This document shows, one piece after another, positions 8,771 through 19,555 of a stretch of 64,000 nucleotides of DNA (positions are counted from its first letter, which is position 1; every line of letters begins with the position of its first letter). The notes under the pieces are model-generated. The model was not told where the DNA came from. It was given only the letters and a program-made list of their open reading frames with translations, and did no database searches. A program made the position numbers and the translations under genes. Source of the stretch: an uncultured Pseudomonadota bacterium (GTDB lineage: Bacteria; Pseudomonadota; Gammaproteobacteria; Burkholderiales; SG8-39); contig CAWFPL010000001.1 of assembly GCA_963817785.1 (NCBI GenBank), positions 19,466 through 83,465 of the forward strand, read 5' to 3'.

Positions 8771-11700
8771 CTATCGGTCCGCGTGCGGCGCCTGGGGGCC
8801 CTGCTGCCCAGCGCCGCCCAGCGCCGGCACCGCGTGCGCGCGCCGCCCTCCGAGCCACGCCTGCACGCGCTCGAAATAAATGTAGATCACCGGCGTGATG
8901 TACAGGGTGAGCAACTGAGACAGGAGCAGGCCGCCGACTACGGACAGCCCGAGCGGACGGCGCGCCTCGCCGCCCACCCCGAAGGCGAGCGCGATCGGCA
9001 GGCTTCCCATGAGCGCCGCCATGGTGGTCATCATGATCGGACGGAAGCGAACCATGCAGGCCTCGAAGATCGCGTCGCGCGGCGTCTTGCCTTCCTTGCG
9101 TTGCGCCTCGATGGCGAAGTCGATCATCATGATCGCGTTCTTCTTCACGATGCCCACCAGCATGATCATGCCGACGAACGCGTACAGGTTGAGATCGATG
9201 CCGAAGGCGAGCAGCGTGAGCAACGCGCCCAGTGCCGCAGTCGGCAGGCCCGAGAGGATGGTGAGCGGGTGGATGAAACTCTCGTACAGGATGCCGAGCA
9301 CCAGATAGATGACCACGATCGCGAGCAGCAGGAGAATGCCCATTCCCTGCAGGGAGTCCTCGAAGGCCTGCGCCGTGCCCGAGAAGCTGGCGGAGAGCGT
9401 GGGCGGCACGCGCAGCTCGCGCATTGTCGAGCGGATGGTGTCGACGGCCTGCGACAGCGACACGCCGGACCGGAGATCAAAGGAAAAAGTGACCGAGGGA
9501 AGCTGTCCCTGATGACTCACCGTCAATGGGCCGACGCCGTAGGAGAGCTTCGCCACGGCGCTCAGCGGCACCAGCGCGCCGCTCGAGGAGCGCACGTACA
9601 GCATCGGCAGCGCCGCGGGCCCGGTCTGGTAGCGCGGCTCAACCTCGAGGATCACCCAGAACTGGTCCGTTGCGGTGTAGATGGTCGACACCTGTTGCGA
9701 GCCGTATGCCGCGCCGAGCGCGGTCTCGATCTGTTGCGGCGAGACCCCCAGCGCCGCCGCCTTCTCGCGGTCCATCTCGACCAGCACCTGGGGCTGGCGG
9801 ATCTGCAGGTCGCTCGACACGTCGATCAGCTGCGGTATCGCCTTGAGCTTGTCCTCGATGATCGGCACCCAGTGGTACAGCTCGTCGGTGCTGGCGCCGC
9901 GCAGCGTGTACTGGTACGGGCTGTTGGTGAGCAGCCCGATGCGGATCACGGGGATGTTCTGCAGGAATGCCTTGATGCCGAGCAGGTGGGCGAGCTGCGG
10001 GCGCAGCTCGCGGATCACCTCGTCGGCCGAGACGCGCTCGGAGCGCGGCTTGAGCGTGATGAACATGCGCCCGCGATTGAGGGAGGGGTTGAAGCCGCTC
10101 GCCCCGATGAAGGACATCACGCCCTCGACGTTCGGGTTGCGACGCACGATTTCGGCCGCCTGCTGCTGCAGCTTCGCCATGGCGTCGAACGAGATGTCCT
10201 GCGGCGCCTCGGTGAAGCAGAAGATCTGGCCCGTGTCGTCGGCGGGCAGGAACCCCTTGGGCACGTGCACGAACAGGTACGCGGTGGCGAACGTGATTGC
10301 GACGAACAGCAGCATGACCCAGCGCGCGTGGCGCAGCGCGAGCTCGAGCGTCGCCCGGTAGGCGTTGCGCAGCGCCTCGAAGCCGCGCTCGGAGAGCTGG
10401 TAGAGCCGGCCGTGCACCACGCCGTGCTGCGGCCGCAGGATGCGGCTGCACATCATCGGCGTCAGCGTGAGCGACACGAAGCCCGAGATCAGCACCGCGG
10501 TGATGATCGTCACCGCGAACTCGTGCAGCAGGCGACCGACGATGCCGCCCATGAAGAACACCGGGATGAACACGGCGGCAAGCGACAGGGTCATCGACAA
10601 AATGGTGAAGGAGATTTCCCTCGAGGCGTCGAGCGTGGCCTGCAGCGCGTCCTTGCCGGCCTCCATGTGGCGCGAGATGTTCTCCAGCATCACGATCGCA
10701 TCGTCCACCACGAAGCCGACGCACAGCGTGAGCGCCATCAGCGAAATGTTGTCCAGGCTGTAGCCGAGCACGTACATGACCGCGAACGTGCCGACGATCG
10801 ACATCGGCAGCGCAACGCTCGGAATGGCGGTGGCCGACAGGTTGCGCAGGAACAAGAAGATCACCATGACCACCAGCGCGAGGGCCACCAGCAGCGTGAA
10901 CTGCACCTCGTCGACCGACTGCCGGATGGTGATGGAACGGTCATACAGAACCTGCATCTTGATGCCGGCGGGCACTTCCGTGCGGAAGGTCGGAAGCAGC
11001 CTGCGCACCGCGTCGACCACGTCGATCGTGTTGGTGCCCGGCTGGCGGAAGATGGCGAGGATGATGCCGGGCTTGTTGTTGAACCAGGCGGCAACCTTGT
11101 CCGACTGCACGCCATCGATGACGCGCCCGAGCTGGTTGAGGCGCACCGGCGAGCCATTGCGGTAGGCGACGATGATCCGACCGTATGCGGCGGCGTCGAA
11201 CAGCTGGCCGTTCGCCTGAACCGCGAACAGCCGGTTCTTGCCGTACAGCGTGCCGGTGGGCAGGTTCACGTTCGCCTGCGCGATCGCCTGCTGCAGCTCG
11301 TCGATGCCGATGCCGCGCGCGGCGAGCGCGTTCGGATCGACCTGGACGCGCACCGCGTACTTCTGCTCCCCGAACACCTGGACCTGGGCCACGCCGCTGA
11401 TGGTCGAGATGCGCTGAGCGAGGAAGGTCTCGGCGTATTCGTCGACCGTTGAAATTGGCAGCGTGTCGGAGCTGAGCGCCAGGTAGAAAACCGCGAAGTC
11501 CCCGGGGTTGATCTTGCGGAACGACGGCGGCGCGGGCATGGCGGCGGGCAGCTGGCGCGCGGTCGCGGCGATGGCTGAATTGACGTCCTGCGCGGCCGCA
11601 TCGATGTTGCGGTCGAGCGCGAACTGCAGCGTGATCTGGGTCGTGCCCACGCCGCTCACCGAGTACATCGAGTCGATCCCGGCGATGGTCGAGAACTGCT

Positions 11701-11905
11701 TTTCGAGCGGCGTCGCCACCGCCGAGGCCATGGTCTCCGGGCTCGCCCCCGGCAGCTCTGCGGTGACCTGGATCGTGGGGTAATCGACGTTCGGCAGCGA
11801 GCTCACCGGCAGCAGCCGATAGCCCACGATGCCGAACATCAGGATCCCGGCCATGACCAGCACGGTCATCACCGGGCGCCGGACGAACAGCTCCGAAAGG
11901 TTCAC
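8771..11905 (-). CDS. RND efflux permease (AcrB/MdtB/MdtC family)
   Basis: 1044 aa. [19 protein letters not shown] opening, two large periplasmic loops and 12 TM segments. 4-nt overlap with the upstream adaptor gene. Confidence 0.92.
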   Translation of the reverse strand: MNLSELFVRRPVMTVLVMAGILMFGIVGYRLLPVSSLPNVDYPTIQVTAELPGASPETMASAVATPLEKQFSTIAGIDSMYSVSGVGTTQITLQFALDRNIDAAAQDVNSAIAATARQLPAAMPAPPSFRKINPGDFAVFYLALSSDTLPISTVDEYAETFLAQRISTISGVAQVQVFGEQKYAVRVQVDPNALAARGIGIDELQQAIAQANVNLPTGTLYGKNRLFAVQANGQLFDAAAYGRIIVAYRNGSPVRLNQLGRVIDGVQSDKVAAWFNNKPGIILAIFRQPGTNTIDVVDAVRRLLPTFRTEVPAGIKMQVLYDRSITIRQSVDEVQFTLLVALALVVMVIFLFLRNLSATAIPSVALPMSIVGTFAVMYVLGYSLDNISLMALTLCVGFVVDDAIVMLENISRHMEAGKDALQATLDASREISFTILSMTLSLAAVFIPVFFMGGIVGRLLHEFAVTIITAVLISGFVSLTLTPMMCSRILRPQHGVVHGRLYQLSERGFEALRNAYRATLELALRHARWVMLLFVAITFATAYLFVHVPKGFLPADDTGQIFCFTEAPQDISFDAMAKLQQQAAEIVRRNPNVEGVMSFIGASGFNPSLNRGRMFITLKPRSERVSADEVIRELRPQLAHLLGIKAFLQNIPVIRIGLLTNSPYQYTLRGASTDELYHWVPIIEDKLKAIPQLIDVSSDLQIRQPQVLVEMDREKAAALGVSPQQIETALGAAYGSQQVSTIYTATDQFWVILEVEPRYQTGPAALPMLYVRSSSGALVPLSAVAKLSYGVGPLTVSHQGQLPSVTFSFDLRSGVSLSQAVDTIRSTMRELRVPPTLSASFSGTAQAFEDSLQGMGILLLLAIVVIYLVLGILYESFIHPLTILSGLPTAALGALLTLLAFGIDLNLYAFVGMIMLVGIVKKNAIMMIDFAIEAQRKEGKTPRDAIFEACMVRFRPIMMTTMAALMGSLPIALAFGVGGEARRPLGLSVVGGLLLSQLLTLYITPVIYIYFERVQAWLGGRRAHAVPALGGAGQQGPQAPHADR

Positions 11906-13074
11906 GAGGCGCCCGGCCGGACGACCACCTTCACGCCCGGCGCCAGCCGCAGCTGGCCGCGGGTGACGACCTTCTCGCCCTTGGCGAGACCTTCGGCCAC
12001 GACAGCGAGGTCGCCTTCGGTGCGCGCGATCGCCACTTTACGCACTTCGGTGGTCGCATCCGGCTTGAGCACGAACACGAATTCGCCTTGCGGCCCGGTC
12101 TGGACCGCCAGCGCGGGCACGACGAGCGCGCCGCTCTGGTCGTAGAGCTTGAGGCTCACGTTGACGAACTGCCCCGGCCAGAGCGCCAGATCGCGGTTGT
12201 CGAACTGGGCGCGCAGCTTGATGGTGCCGGTGCTCTGGTCGACCGCGTTGTCGACGAACACCAGCTTGCCGGTCTGGCGCGGCGCGTGCCCCGCATCGGG
12301 CGACGTGACTGTGACTGCGAGCGGCCCGCCCGCCATGTGGCGGCGGATCTCGGCGAGCCGCTGCTCCGGGACCGCGAACGTGACGTAGACGGGCTGAACC
12401 TGGTTGATCACCACCAGCGGATTGGTGTCGTTCGCCTTTACCATGTTGCCGAGCTGCAGCATGACGCGCCCGACGTAGCCGTCGATCGGCGAGCGAATGG
12501 TGCAGTACTGCAAGTTCAGGCGCGCGGTTTCAACCGCGGCTTCGCTCGCCTTGAGTGAGGCCGTCGCGGTTTCGGCATTGGTCCGGTACTGGGCATAGGC
12601 GTCCTGGGAGACGAAATTCTTGTGCAGCAGTTCCGCGTAGCGGCGCTGCTGCATGTCTGCGTGGTCGAGGTTCGCGCGGTCGCGCGCCAGGTTCGCTTCC
12701 GCCTGGTGCAGCGCGGCATCGAACGGGCGCGGGTCGAGCCGGAACAGTACCTCGCCCTTGCGCACCGCCTGTCCTTCGCGGAAGTTGACCGCGACGATCT
12801 GACCGTCGACGCGCGCCTTCAGGGCGACCGTGTTGTAGGCATCCACGTTGCCAATCGCCGTCAGGCGCACCGGCATCGTGCGCTGCTCGACGGCGGCCAC
12901 CGACACCGGCACCGCCGCCGGCTGCGCTGCGCCCTTACGCTCCTTGGCGCGCAGCCCGGCCGGGAGGTATGCCGCGAGGGCGCCGGCCAGCAGCACGGCG
13001 GTGAGCGCTGCACCCAAGGCCAGCCGTTTGCCGTGTCGCGGTGTAGCCGTCAGGGAAGAGTCGTCACGCATCAC
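11902..13074 (-). CDS. RND efflux periplasmic adaptor (membrane fusion protein, MdtA-like)
   Basis: 390 aa. N-terminal anchor, coiled-coil hairpin ([20 protein letters not shown]...[26 protein letters not shown]), and beta-barrel C-terminus. Confidence 0.9.
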   Translation of the reverse strand: MMRDDSSLTATPRHGKRLALGAALTAVLLAGALAAYLPAGLRAKERKGAAQPAAVPVSVAAVEQRTMPVRLTAIGNVDAYNTVALKARVDGQIVAVNFREGQAVRKGEVLFRLDPRPFDAALHQAEANLARDRANLDHADMQQRRYAELLHKNFVSQDAYAQYRTNAETATASLKASEAAVETARLNLQYCTIRSPIDGYVGRVMLQLGNMVKANDTNPLVVINQVQPVYVTFAVPEQRLAEIRRHMAGGPLAVTVTSPDAGHAPRQTGKLVFVDNAVDQSTGTIKLRAQFDNRDLALWPGQFVNVSLKLYDQSGALVVPALAVQTGPQGEFVFVLKPDATTEVRKVAIARTEGDLAVVAEGLAKGEKVVTRGQLRLAPGVKVVVRPGAS

Positions 13075-13098
13075 TGCTCCGCCCGCGGGGCGCCATAC

Positions 13099-14346
13099 TT
13101 AGATCAAGTGGCGTTCGAGGGCAAGCAACTGCGCGACGGTTTCGCGCTCGCGCACCACGCGCGCCGAAGCGCCCTCGACCAGCACCTCGGCGACGCGCGG
13201 GCGCGAGTTGTAGTTCGAGCTCATCGTCATGCCATAGGCGCCGGCCGACATGACTGCGAGCAAGTCGCCCGCTTCCGCCGCCAGCCGCCGCTCCTTGGCA
13301 AGAAAGTCGCCGCTTTCGCACACCGGCCCGACCACGTCGTAGATTGCTTGCGCGACCCCGGGCGGCGCCTCGCGCACCGGCCGCACCTCGTGCCAGGCAT
13401 CGTAGAGCGCGGGCCGCAGCAGATCGTTCATGGCCGCGTCGACGACGAGGAAATTCCTCGCCTGCCCCGGCTTGACGTATTCCACGCGGGTGAGCAGCAC
13501 GCCCGCGTTGCCCACGATCGATCGGCCCGGGTCGACCAGCAGCGTTTCCCTGCGACCGGCGAGTACGCCGAGCACCCCGTCCAGGAACGCGGAGACCGGC
13601 TCCGGCGATTCGTCCTTGTAGCGGATGCCGAAGCCCCCTCCGAGATCGATGTGCCTGAGTACGATCCCCGAGCGCTCGATCCGTTGCACCAAGGACAGCA
13701 GGCGAGCGGCTGCATCGACGTACGGCGCGGCGCGCGTGAGCTGGGAGCCGATGTGGCAGCCGATGCCCACCAGCTGCACGTGCGCCAGACCCGCCGCCTC
13801 GCGGTACAGGCGCTCAGCCTCGGCATGCGCGATGCCGAACTTGCTTTGCTTGAGGCCGGTCGAGATGTAGGGGTGCGTCCTCGCATCGACGTCGGGGTTG
13901 ACCCGAAACGCCACAGGTGCGCGCTTGCCGATCCGGCCCGCGACCTCGTTTACCCGGGCCAGCTCGGCCTCGGACTCGAGGTTGAGGCACAGGATGCCCG
14001 CCGCGAGCGCGCGCTCGATTTCGTCCGCGGTCTTGCCCACGCCGGAGAACACGACCTTGCGCGGATCGGCGCCGGCGGCGAGCACGCGCGCGAGCTCGCC
14101 GCCCGAGACGATGTCGAATCCGGCGCCGAGCCGTGCCATGAGCGCGAGCACGGCGAGGTTCGAGTTGGCCTTGACCGAATAGCACACTACGGCGTCCCGC
14201 CCGGCGAGCGCGCGCACGAACTCTCCGTAGGCTGCTTCGATGGCGGCGCGCGAGTATACGTAGCAGGGCGTGCCAAAGCGCTGCGCGATGTGCTCGAGGG
14301 GAACGTCCTCGGCGCACAGCGCGCCCTCGCGGTAGGCGAAACTCAT
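13099..14346 (-). CDS. lysA: Diaminopimelate decarboxylase
   Basis: 415 aa. TPCYVYS, PLP-lysine region YSVKANSN, DIGGGFGI, and CESGD active-site motif. Confidence 0.93.
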   Translation of the reverse strand: MSFAYREGALCAEDVPLEHIAQRFGTPCYVYSRAAIEAAYGEFVRALAGRDAVVCYSVKANSNLAVLALMARLGAGFDIVSGGELARVLAAGADPRKVVFSGVGKTADEIERALAAGILCLNLESEAELARVNEVAGRIGKRAPVAFRVNPDVDARTHPYISTGLKQSKFGIAHAEAERLYREAAGLAHVQLVGIGCHIGSQLTRAAPYVDAAARLLSLVQRIERSGIVLRHIDLGGGFGIRYKDESPEPVSAFLDGVLGVLAGRRETLLVDPGRSIVGNAGVLLTRVEYVKPGQARNFLVVDAAMNDLLRPALYDAWHEVRPVREAPPGVAQAIYDVVGPVCESGDFLAKERRLAAEAGDLLAVMSAGAYGMTMSSNYNSRPRVAEVLVEGASARVVRERETVAQLLALERHLI

Positions 14347-14355
14347 GGGCGCGGC

Positions 14356-14538
14356 CTACTTATTGGTCGTGGCGCCGTCCTCACCCGTGTCTTGCGGATA
14401 GGGAACCGGCTGGTAGGGCGCCGGTTTCGCGGGCTTCACGTTGGGCGGAGGGTTGCGGCGCAGGTACAGCGGACCGCGCTGCCCGCAGCCCGCGGCGAAC
14501 AGCGCGGCGGCGACGGCAAGAGCGATGCGGGCACGCAT
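14356..14538 (-). CDS. lptM: Small lipoprotein LptM (YifL)
   Basis: 60 aa. Lipobox LFAAGC followed by GQRGPLYL, and a Pro-rich tail. Sits in the classical position immediately upstream of lysA/dapF. Confidence 0.75.
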   Translation of the reverse strand: MRARIALAVAAALFAAGCGQRGPLYLRRNPPPNVKPAKPAPYQPVPYPQDTGEDGATTNK

Positions 14539-14588
14539 GGGATCACGACAGGTAGAGTCGAAATCTTAGCACGGGGGATGGGCGCGCC

Positions 14589-14704
14589 TTGGCACAGCAA
14601 CTGCGCGAAGCGGCGTGCTCGAGGTCGCGCTCGACGATGGCAGCGAGTTGTTCGCAGCACTGTCGAAGTGGATGTCGGCGCAGGCAGGAATACCGGTGCT
14701 CCTG
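14589..14704 (+). pseudogene. Possible remnant of the frataxin homologue cyaY (helix-like N- and C-terminal pieces only, frame-shifted, no stop)
   Basis: Frame 3 gives LAQQLREAA. Frame 2 continues VLEVALDDGSELFAALSKWMSAQAGIPVLL. The latter resembles the CyaY C-terminal helix as I remember it. The gap lptM-mrcA is only 181 nt, too short for an intact cyaY. See findings. Confidence 0.25.
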
Positions 14705-14719
14705 CGCCGCAAGTCGGCA

Positions 14720-17050
14720 TCACGGCGGATTGAGCGGTTGCGCTTCGGGCTGGGCTGCGCCCGCGGACCCGGCCGGTGCTCCCGCCGTGTCTTGCTGGTC
14801 AGCCTTGGGCGCGTATTCCTGGTAGAAATATTCGGGCACGGTCTGGCTGTCGTTCGGGTCGGCCGGGTCGGCCGGAACGTTCTCGACCACGATGCCGACG
14901 GGGACTTGGAGCGGCATCTCGGGGACCTTCTGAAGTGCCTGGGCCATGTAGCCCATCCAGATCGGCAACGCGACTTGCGCCCCGGTCTCGTTGCGTCCGA
15001 GCGACTTGGGCTGGTCGAAACCCACCCAGGCGATGCCCACGTCCGTCGGCTGAAAACCGCAGAACCAGGCATCGACGAAGTCGTTGGTCGTGCCGGTCTT
15101 GCCGGCGATGTCGAATCGACCCAGGCGCGACGCGCGTGCAGCGGTGCCATAGCGCGTCACATCCTGCAGCATGCTGTCGATGCTGAAGGCGTTGCGCGGG
15201 TCGATGACGCGCAGGCTCGGGTCGCCTGCCTGCTGCGGATCAGCGCCGGCGATCTGGTTGCCGTGGTCATCCACGATCTTCTGGATGTAATACGGCTCGA
15301 TCAGGTAGCCGCCGTTGGCGAACACCGCGTAGGCGCGCGCCATCTGCCAGGGGGTTGCCGCCCCGGCGCCGAGCGCCAGCGTCAAGTAGGGCGGATTCTT
15401 GTCCGCATCGAACCCGAAGCGCTTGATATAGTCCTGCGCGTACGCTGGGCCGATCGCCTGCAGCAGTCGAATCGAGACCATGTTCTTCGATTTTGCGAGC
15501 GCGGTCCGCAGCCGCATCGGACCCTCGTACTTGCCGTCGTAGTTCCTCGGCTCCCAGGGCTGGCTGCCGGTGATCTCGGCGTCAACTACCAGCGGCTCGT
15601 CCGGGAAGACGGATGCCGGGGTGTAGCCCTTTTCCAGCGCCGCCGAGTAGATGAACGGCTTGAACGACGAGCCGGGCTGGCGCCAAGCCTGGGTGACGTG
15701 GTTGAACTTGTTGCGATTGAAGTCGAAGCCGCCGACCAGGGCGCGTACCGCGCCGGTGGCGGGGTCGATCGCGATGAATGCTGCCTCCGCCTCCGGCATC
15801 TGCGCGATCTGCCAGTTCCCCCGCGCGTCCCGCTGTACGCGAATGATGGCGCCGCGGCGAACCCGCTTTCGGGGCGCGGCCTTCGCGCTCAAGGCGCTCG
15901 CGGCAAACTTGAGCCCCTCACGGGTGATGCTGACGGTGTCCCCATTCTTGAGCACCGCCTTGACCTCCAGCTGGCTCGCCGCCGCCACCACTGCGACCAG
16001 CAGCTCGTCGTCATCCGAATAGTCAGCCAGCGCCTCCTGGTAATCGTCGTCGCTGGCGTGTTCAGGGAGCTGTGCGAAACCCTCGGGGCCGCGGTAGCCC
16101 CGGCTGCGATCGTACTCGATCAACCCCTTGCGCAGCGCTTGGTAGGCGGCCTCCTGGTCTGCGCTGCGGATCGTGGTGTAGACGCGGAAGCCCCGCGTGT
16201 AGGCGTCATGGGGATAACGCTCGTAGACCGCCTGCCGGACCATTTCGGCCACGTAATCGGCGTGCACCGCATACCCGCTGGCAGAGTGCTGCACCTTGAG
16301 AGGAGCTTTGGCGGCCTGCGCGTACTGCTGCTCGCTGATATAGCCGAGGTCTTTCATGCGGCGCAAGACGTAAGCCTGCCGCTGCTTGGCGCGTTGCGGA
16401 TTGACGATCGGGTTGTAGGCCGACGGCGCCTTGGGCAGTCCCGCGAGCACCGCGGCCTCGGCCAGCGTCAGCTGATCGAGCGATTTGCCGAAATAGGTCT
16501 GGGCGGCCGCAGCGAATCCGTACGCGCGCTCACCCAGGTAGATCTGGTTGATATACAGCTCGAGAATCTGGTCCTTGGTCAGGCTGTGCTCGATCTTGAA
16601 CGCGAGCAGCGCTTCGTAGAGCTTGCGGGTGAATGTTTTTTCCGAGGACAAGAAAAAGTTGCGCGCTACTTGCATGGTGATAGTGCTGGCGCCTTGCCTG
16701 CGACCACCTGACACCAGATTGGTGTAAGCCGCGCGCAGCACGCCCTGATAGTCGATGCCGGAGTGTTGATAGAAACGCTCGTCCTCGGCGGCGATGATCG
16801 CGTTCTTGAGCGTCTGCGGGACCTTGTCGATCGCAATCACCGAACGGCGCTCCTCGCCGAATTCGCCGATCAGAGTCCCGCCGGCGGTGTACACCCGCAG
16901 CGGTACCTTGGGCTGGTAATCGGTCAGTGCATGTAGCGAGGGCAGGTTGGGGTAGGCGATCGCGATCACCAGGCCGGCGATGCACGCGCCGACCGCCGCA
17001 AGCCCTGCTAGCAGGGCTTGCGGGAAAGCCAAAAAACGAAGGCGCATCAA
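14720..17050 (-). CDS. mrcA: Bifunctional penicillin-binding protein 1A (transglycosylase/transpeptidase)
   Basis: 776 aa. Glycosyltransferase motifs AAEDERFYQHSGID and RKLYEAL, transpeptidase SSFKPF, SKN and KTGTT. Divergent from pilM, as in many beta/gammaproteobacteria. Confidence 0.93.
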   Translation of the reverse strand: MMRLRFLAFPQALLAGLAAVGACIAGLVIAIAYPNLPSLHALTDYQPKVPLRVYTAGGTLIGEFGEERRSVIAIDKVPQTLKNAIIAAEDERFYQHSGIDYQGVLRAAYTNLVSGGRRQGASTITMQVARNFFLSSEKTFTRKLYEALLAFKIEHSLTKDQILELYINQIYLGERAYGFAAAAQTYFGKSLDQLTLAEAAVLAGLPKAPSAYNPIVNPQRAKQRQAYVLRRMKDLGYISEQQYAQAAKAPLKVQHSASGYAVHADYVAEMVRQAVYERYPHDAYTRGFRVYTTIRSADQEAAYQALRKGLIEYDRSRGYRGPEGFAQLPEHASDDDYQEALADYSDDDELLVAVVAAASQLEVKAVLKNGDTVSITREGLKFAASALSAKAAPRKRVRRGAIIRVQRDARGNWQIAQMPEAEAAFIAIDPATGAVRALVGGFDFNRNKFNHVTQAWRQPGSSFKPFIYSAALEKGYTPASVFPDEPLVVDAEITGSQPWEPRNYDGKYEGPMRLRTALAKSKNMVSIRLLQAIGPAYAQDYIKRFGFDADKNPPYLTLALGAGAATPWQMARAYAVFANGGYLIEPYYIQKIVDDHGNQIAGADPQQAGDPSLRVIDPRNAFSIDSMLQDVTRYGTAARASRLGRFDIAGKTGTTNDFVDAWFCGFQPTDVGIAWVGFDQPKSLGRNETGAQVALPIWMGYMAQALQKVPEMPLQVPVGIVVENVPADPADPNDSQTVPEYFYQEYAPKADQQDTAGAPAGSAGAAQPEAQPLNPP

Positions 17051-17216
17051 GGGACTTAGGCGAGTCTTGGGGGTGCTGCGGCCGGCAAAAAGGCCCGTCC
17101 ATTATAGGGGTCCTCCAGCGTGAAAAATTTGCTAGACACTGGGAGGAGTTGTTGTTAGCATTTAACGCGGTTTCTACGTATCGCGCCTAACATGCCGATA
17201 CAAAAGGGAAAAGGGG

Positions 17217-18293
17217 ATGAACCTAGACATCTTCAAGCCGAAAGCGCCGCCGCTTTTCGGCCTGGACATTAGCTCGTCGTCGGTGAAGATGCTGGAAATC
17301 GTCGACGCTGGCAAGGATGCCTACCGCGTTGAGCGTTACACGATTGAACCGCTGCCGCGGGAGGCAGTGGTCGACGGCAACATCAACAACCTCGAGGCGG
17401 TGGCCGAAGCAGTCAAGCGCGGCCACAAGCGGCTCGCCACGCGCACCAAACACGTCGCCATGGCGGTGCCTTCGGGCGCCGTCATTACCAAGAAGATCAT
17501 CGTTCCGGCAGGCCTGCGCGAGGAGGAGCTCGAAGTCCAAGTCGAGAGCGAGGCGAACCAGTACATTCCATTCGCCCTCGACGAGGTGAACCTGGACTTC
17601 CAGCTTGTCGGCCCGGCACCCGCCAGCCCGGAAGAGCAGGAAGTGCTGATTGCCGCCACGCGCAAGGAAAAGGTCGAGGACCGGGTCGCCGTGGCGGAGT
17701 CCGCGGGCCTGAAGGCGATTGTCATGGACGTCGAATCCTATGCCCAGCAGGCGGCGCTCGGCTTGGTCGTGCGACAGCTGCCGCAAGGCGGCAGGGACCA
17801 GAACATTGCGGTGGTCGATGTCGGCGCGAACGTGATGAACGTCAGCGTGCTGCGCAACGAGCAGTCCGTATATACCCGCGAACAGGCCTTCGGCGGTAAC
17901 CAGCTGACCCAGGACATCGTGAGCCGCTACGGCATGAGCGTCGAGGAGGCGGAAAGCGCCAAGCGCACCGGAGGGCTGCCGGACGACTTCGAGATGGAGG
18001 TGCTGCGCCCGTTCATGGAGAACCTGTCCATGGAGATCCAGCGCGCGCTGCAGTTTTTCTTCACCTCGACCCAGTTCAGCAGCATCGACCACATCTTGCT
18101 GGCAGGCGGCTCTGCGGTGATCCCGGGCCTGGACGAGGTGGTCAATACCCGTACCCAGGTGGCGACCTTGGTCGCCAATCCGTTCGCCGCGATGCAGACC
18201 TCGCCCCGCATCCAATTGAAGCGCCTGATCGTCGACGCACCGTCGCTGATCGTGGCATGCGGTCTCGCAATGCGGAGGTTCGACCCGCAATGA
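17217..18293 (+). CDS. pilM: Type IV pilus assembly ATPase-fold protein PilM
   Basis: 358 aa. GLDISSSSVKMLE actin-like fold. First gene of the pilMNOPQ order. Confidence 0.93.
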   Translation: MNLDIFKPKAPPLFGLDISSSSVKMLEIVDAGKDAYRVERYTIEPLPREAVVDGNINNLEAVAEAVKRGHKRLATRTKHVAMAVPSGAVITKKIIVPAGLREEELEVQVESEANQYIPFALDEVNLDFQLVGPAPASPEEQEVLIAATRKEKVEDRVAVAESAGLKAIVMDVESYAQQAALGLVVRQLPQGGRDQNIAVVDVGANVMNVSVLRNEQSVYTREQAFGGNQLTQDIVSRYGMSVEEAESAKRTGGLPDDFEMEVLRPFMENLSMEIQRALQFFFTSTQFSSIDHILLAGGSAVIPGLDEVVNTRTQVATLVANPFAAMQTSPRIQLKRLIVDAPSLIVACGLAMRRFDPQ

Positions 18294-18901
18294 CGATCCG
18301 TATCAATCTGCTGCCGCACCGGGAGGAGCGCAGGAAGCGCGCGCGCACGCACTTCATCGCGCTTACGGGGCTGACCGCCGTCCTTGGACTGGTGATCGTC
18401 GGTGCCGTGCACGTGTTCTTCGCCAACCGCATCGCCATCCAGGACGATCGCAACGCGTTCCTCAAGACCCAGATCGCCCAGCTCGACAAACAGATCAACG
18501 AGATCAAGAAGCTCAGGGATGAAATCCAGGCGCTGCTCGCCCGCAAACAGGTGATCGAGACGCTACAGGCCGACCGCGCGCAGACGGTGCACCTGATGAG
18601 CCAGTTGGTCCACGTAGTGCCTGAGGGCGTGTACCTGAAATCGATGAAGCAGAAGGGCCTGAACGTCGCGCTCTCCGGCTACGCGCTGTCGAACGCCCGG
18701 GTGTCGACACTTATGCGCGACATCGAGGTCTCGCCCTGGCTGGAAAAGCCGCAGCTGATCGAAATTCGAGCGGTGACCGTGGCCAAGCGGCGACTGTCGG
18801 AATTCGACATGAACTTGTCGCTGAAGCGCCCTCAGACCGGGGAAGAGCACAAGGCAGGTGGCGCGGCGCCCGCCAAGGGCGCACCCGCTAAAAAGGGGTG
18901 A
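18290..18901 (+). CDS. pilN: Type IV pilus inner-membrane component PilN
   Basis: MTIRINLLPHREERRK conserved N-terminus, with ATGA overlap to the pilM stop. The track start 18257 is rejected. Confidence 0.9.
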   Translation: MTIRINLLPHREERRKRARTHFIALTGLTAVLGLVIVGAVHVFFANRIAIQDDRNAFLKTQIAQLDKQINEIKKLRDEIQALLARKQVIETLQADRAQTVHLMSQLVHVVPEGVYLKSMKQKGLNVALSGYALSNARVSTLMRDIEVSPWLEKPQLIEIRAVTVAKRRLSEFDMNLSLKRPQTGEEHKAGGAAPAKGAPAKKG

Positions 18902-18904
18902 GCC

Positions 18905-19555
18905 ATGGCGATCGACCTGAACAGGTATCTCGAGGATTTCCGCAACCTCAATCCGCGCGACCCCGGAACTTGGCCGCTCGTTCCGCAGATCGCCGCGCTG
19001 CTCGCGGTCCTGATTGTGATTCCGATCGGCGGCTATTTCCTCGACTGGCAGGGTCAGCTCGACACGCTAAATCGCGGCCGGCAGGAAGAGGGCAAGCTCA
19101 AGCAGGACTACGTCAGCAAGAAGGGACAGGCGATTAACCTCGACCTGTACAAGCAACAACTGCGCGAGATCGACACCCAGTTCGGCGCGCTGCTCAAGCA
19201 GCTACCGAACAAATCGCAGATGGACGCGCTGCTGGTGGACATCAACCAGGCGGGCCTCGGGCGGGGTCTTCAGTTCGATCTGTTCAAGCCGGCGCCGCAC
19301 GAGATCGAGAGGGAGTTCTATGCCGAACTGCCAATCGAAATCCGCGTGACCGGGGCCTACAACGACATGGGCGCATTCGCTAGCGACGTCGGCCAGCTGT
19401 CGCGCATCGTGACGCTCAACGACGTCTCGGTGCAGGCCACCAGGGACGGCAACCTCGTGATGGAGGCGACCGCGCGCACCTTCCGCTACCTCGACGAACA
19501 AGAGATCGCCGCTCAGCGCAAGGCCGCGCACGGCAAGAAACCGGGGGCCAGGTGA
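18905..19555 (+). CDS. pilO: Type IV pilus inner-membrane component PilO
   Basis: 216 aa. One TM segment, a coiled coil, and the expected position between pilN and pilP. Confidence 0.9.
   Translation: MAIDLNRYLEDFRNLNPRDPGTWPLVPQIAALLAVLIVIPIGGYFLDWQGQLDTLNRGRQEEGKLKQDYVSKKGQAINLDLYKQQLREIDTQFGALLKQLPNKSQMDALLVDINQAGLGRGLQFDLFKPAPHEIEREFYAELPIEIRVTGAYNDMGAFASDVGQLSRIVTLNDVSVQATRDGNLVMEATARTFRYLDEQEIAAQRKAAHGKKPGAR

Noticed and set aside
8417-11452. 1011-aa + strand ORF covering most of the RND transporter locus
   Set aside because: It is antisense to a clearly recognisable 1044-aa RND permease. The translation is Arg/Asp/His/Gly-rich low-complexity with no motifs, which is the typical open antisense frame of high-G+C DNA.
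12622-16711. 703-aa and 698-aa + strand ORFs across the adaptor/lysA and mrcA regions
   Set aside because: They are antisense to lysA, lptM and mrcA. Only the first ~30 codons of the second one are discussed, as a possible cyaY remnant.
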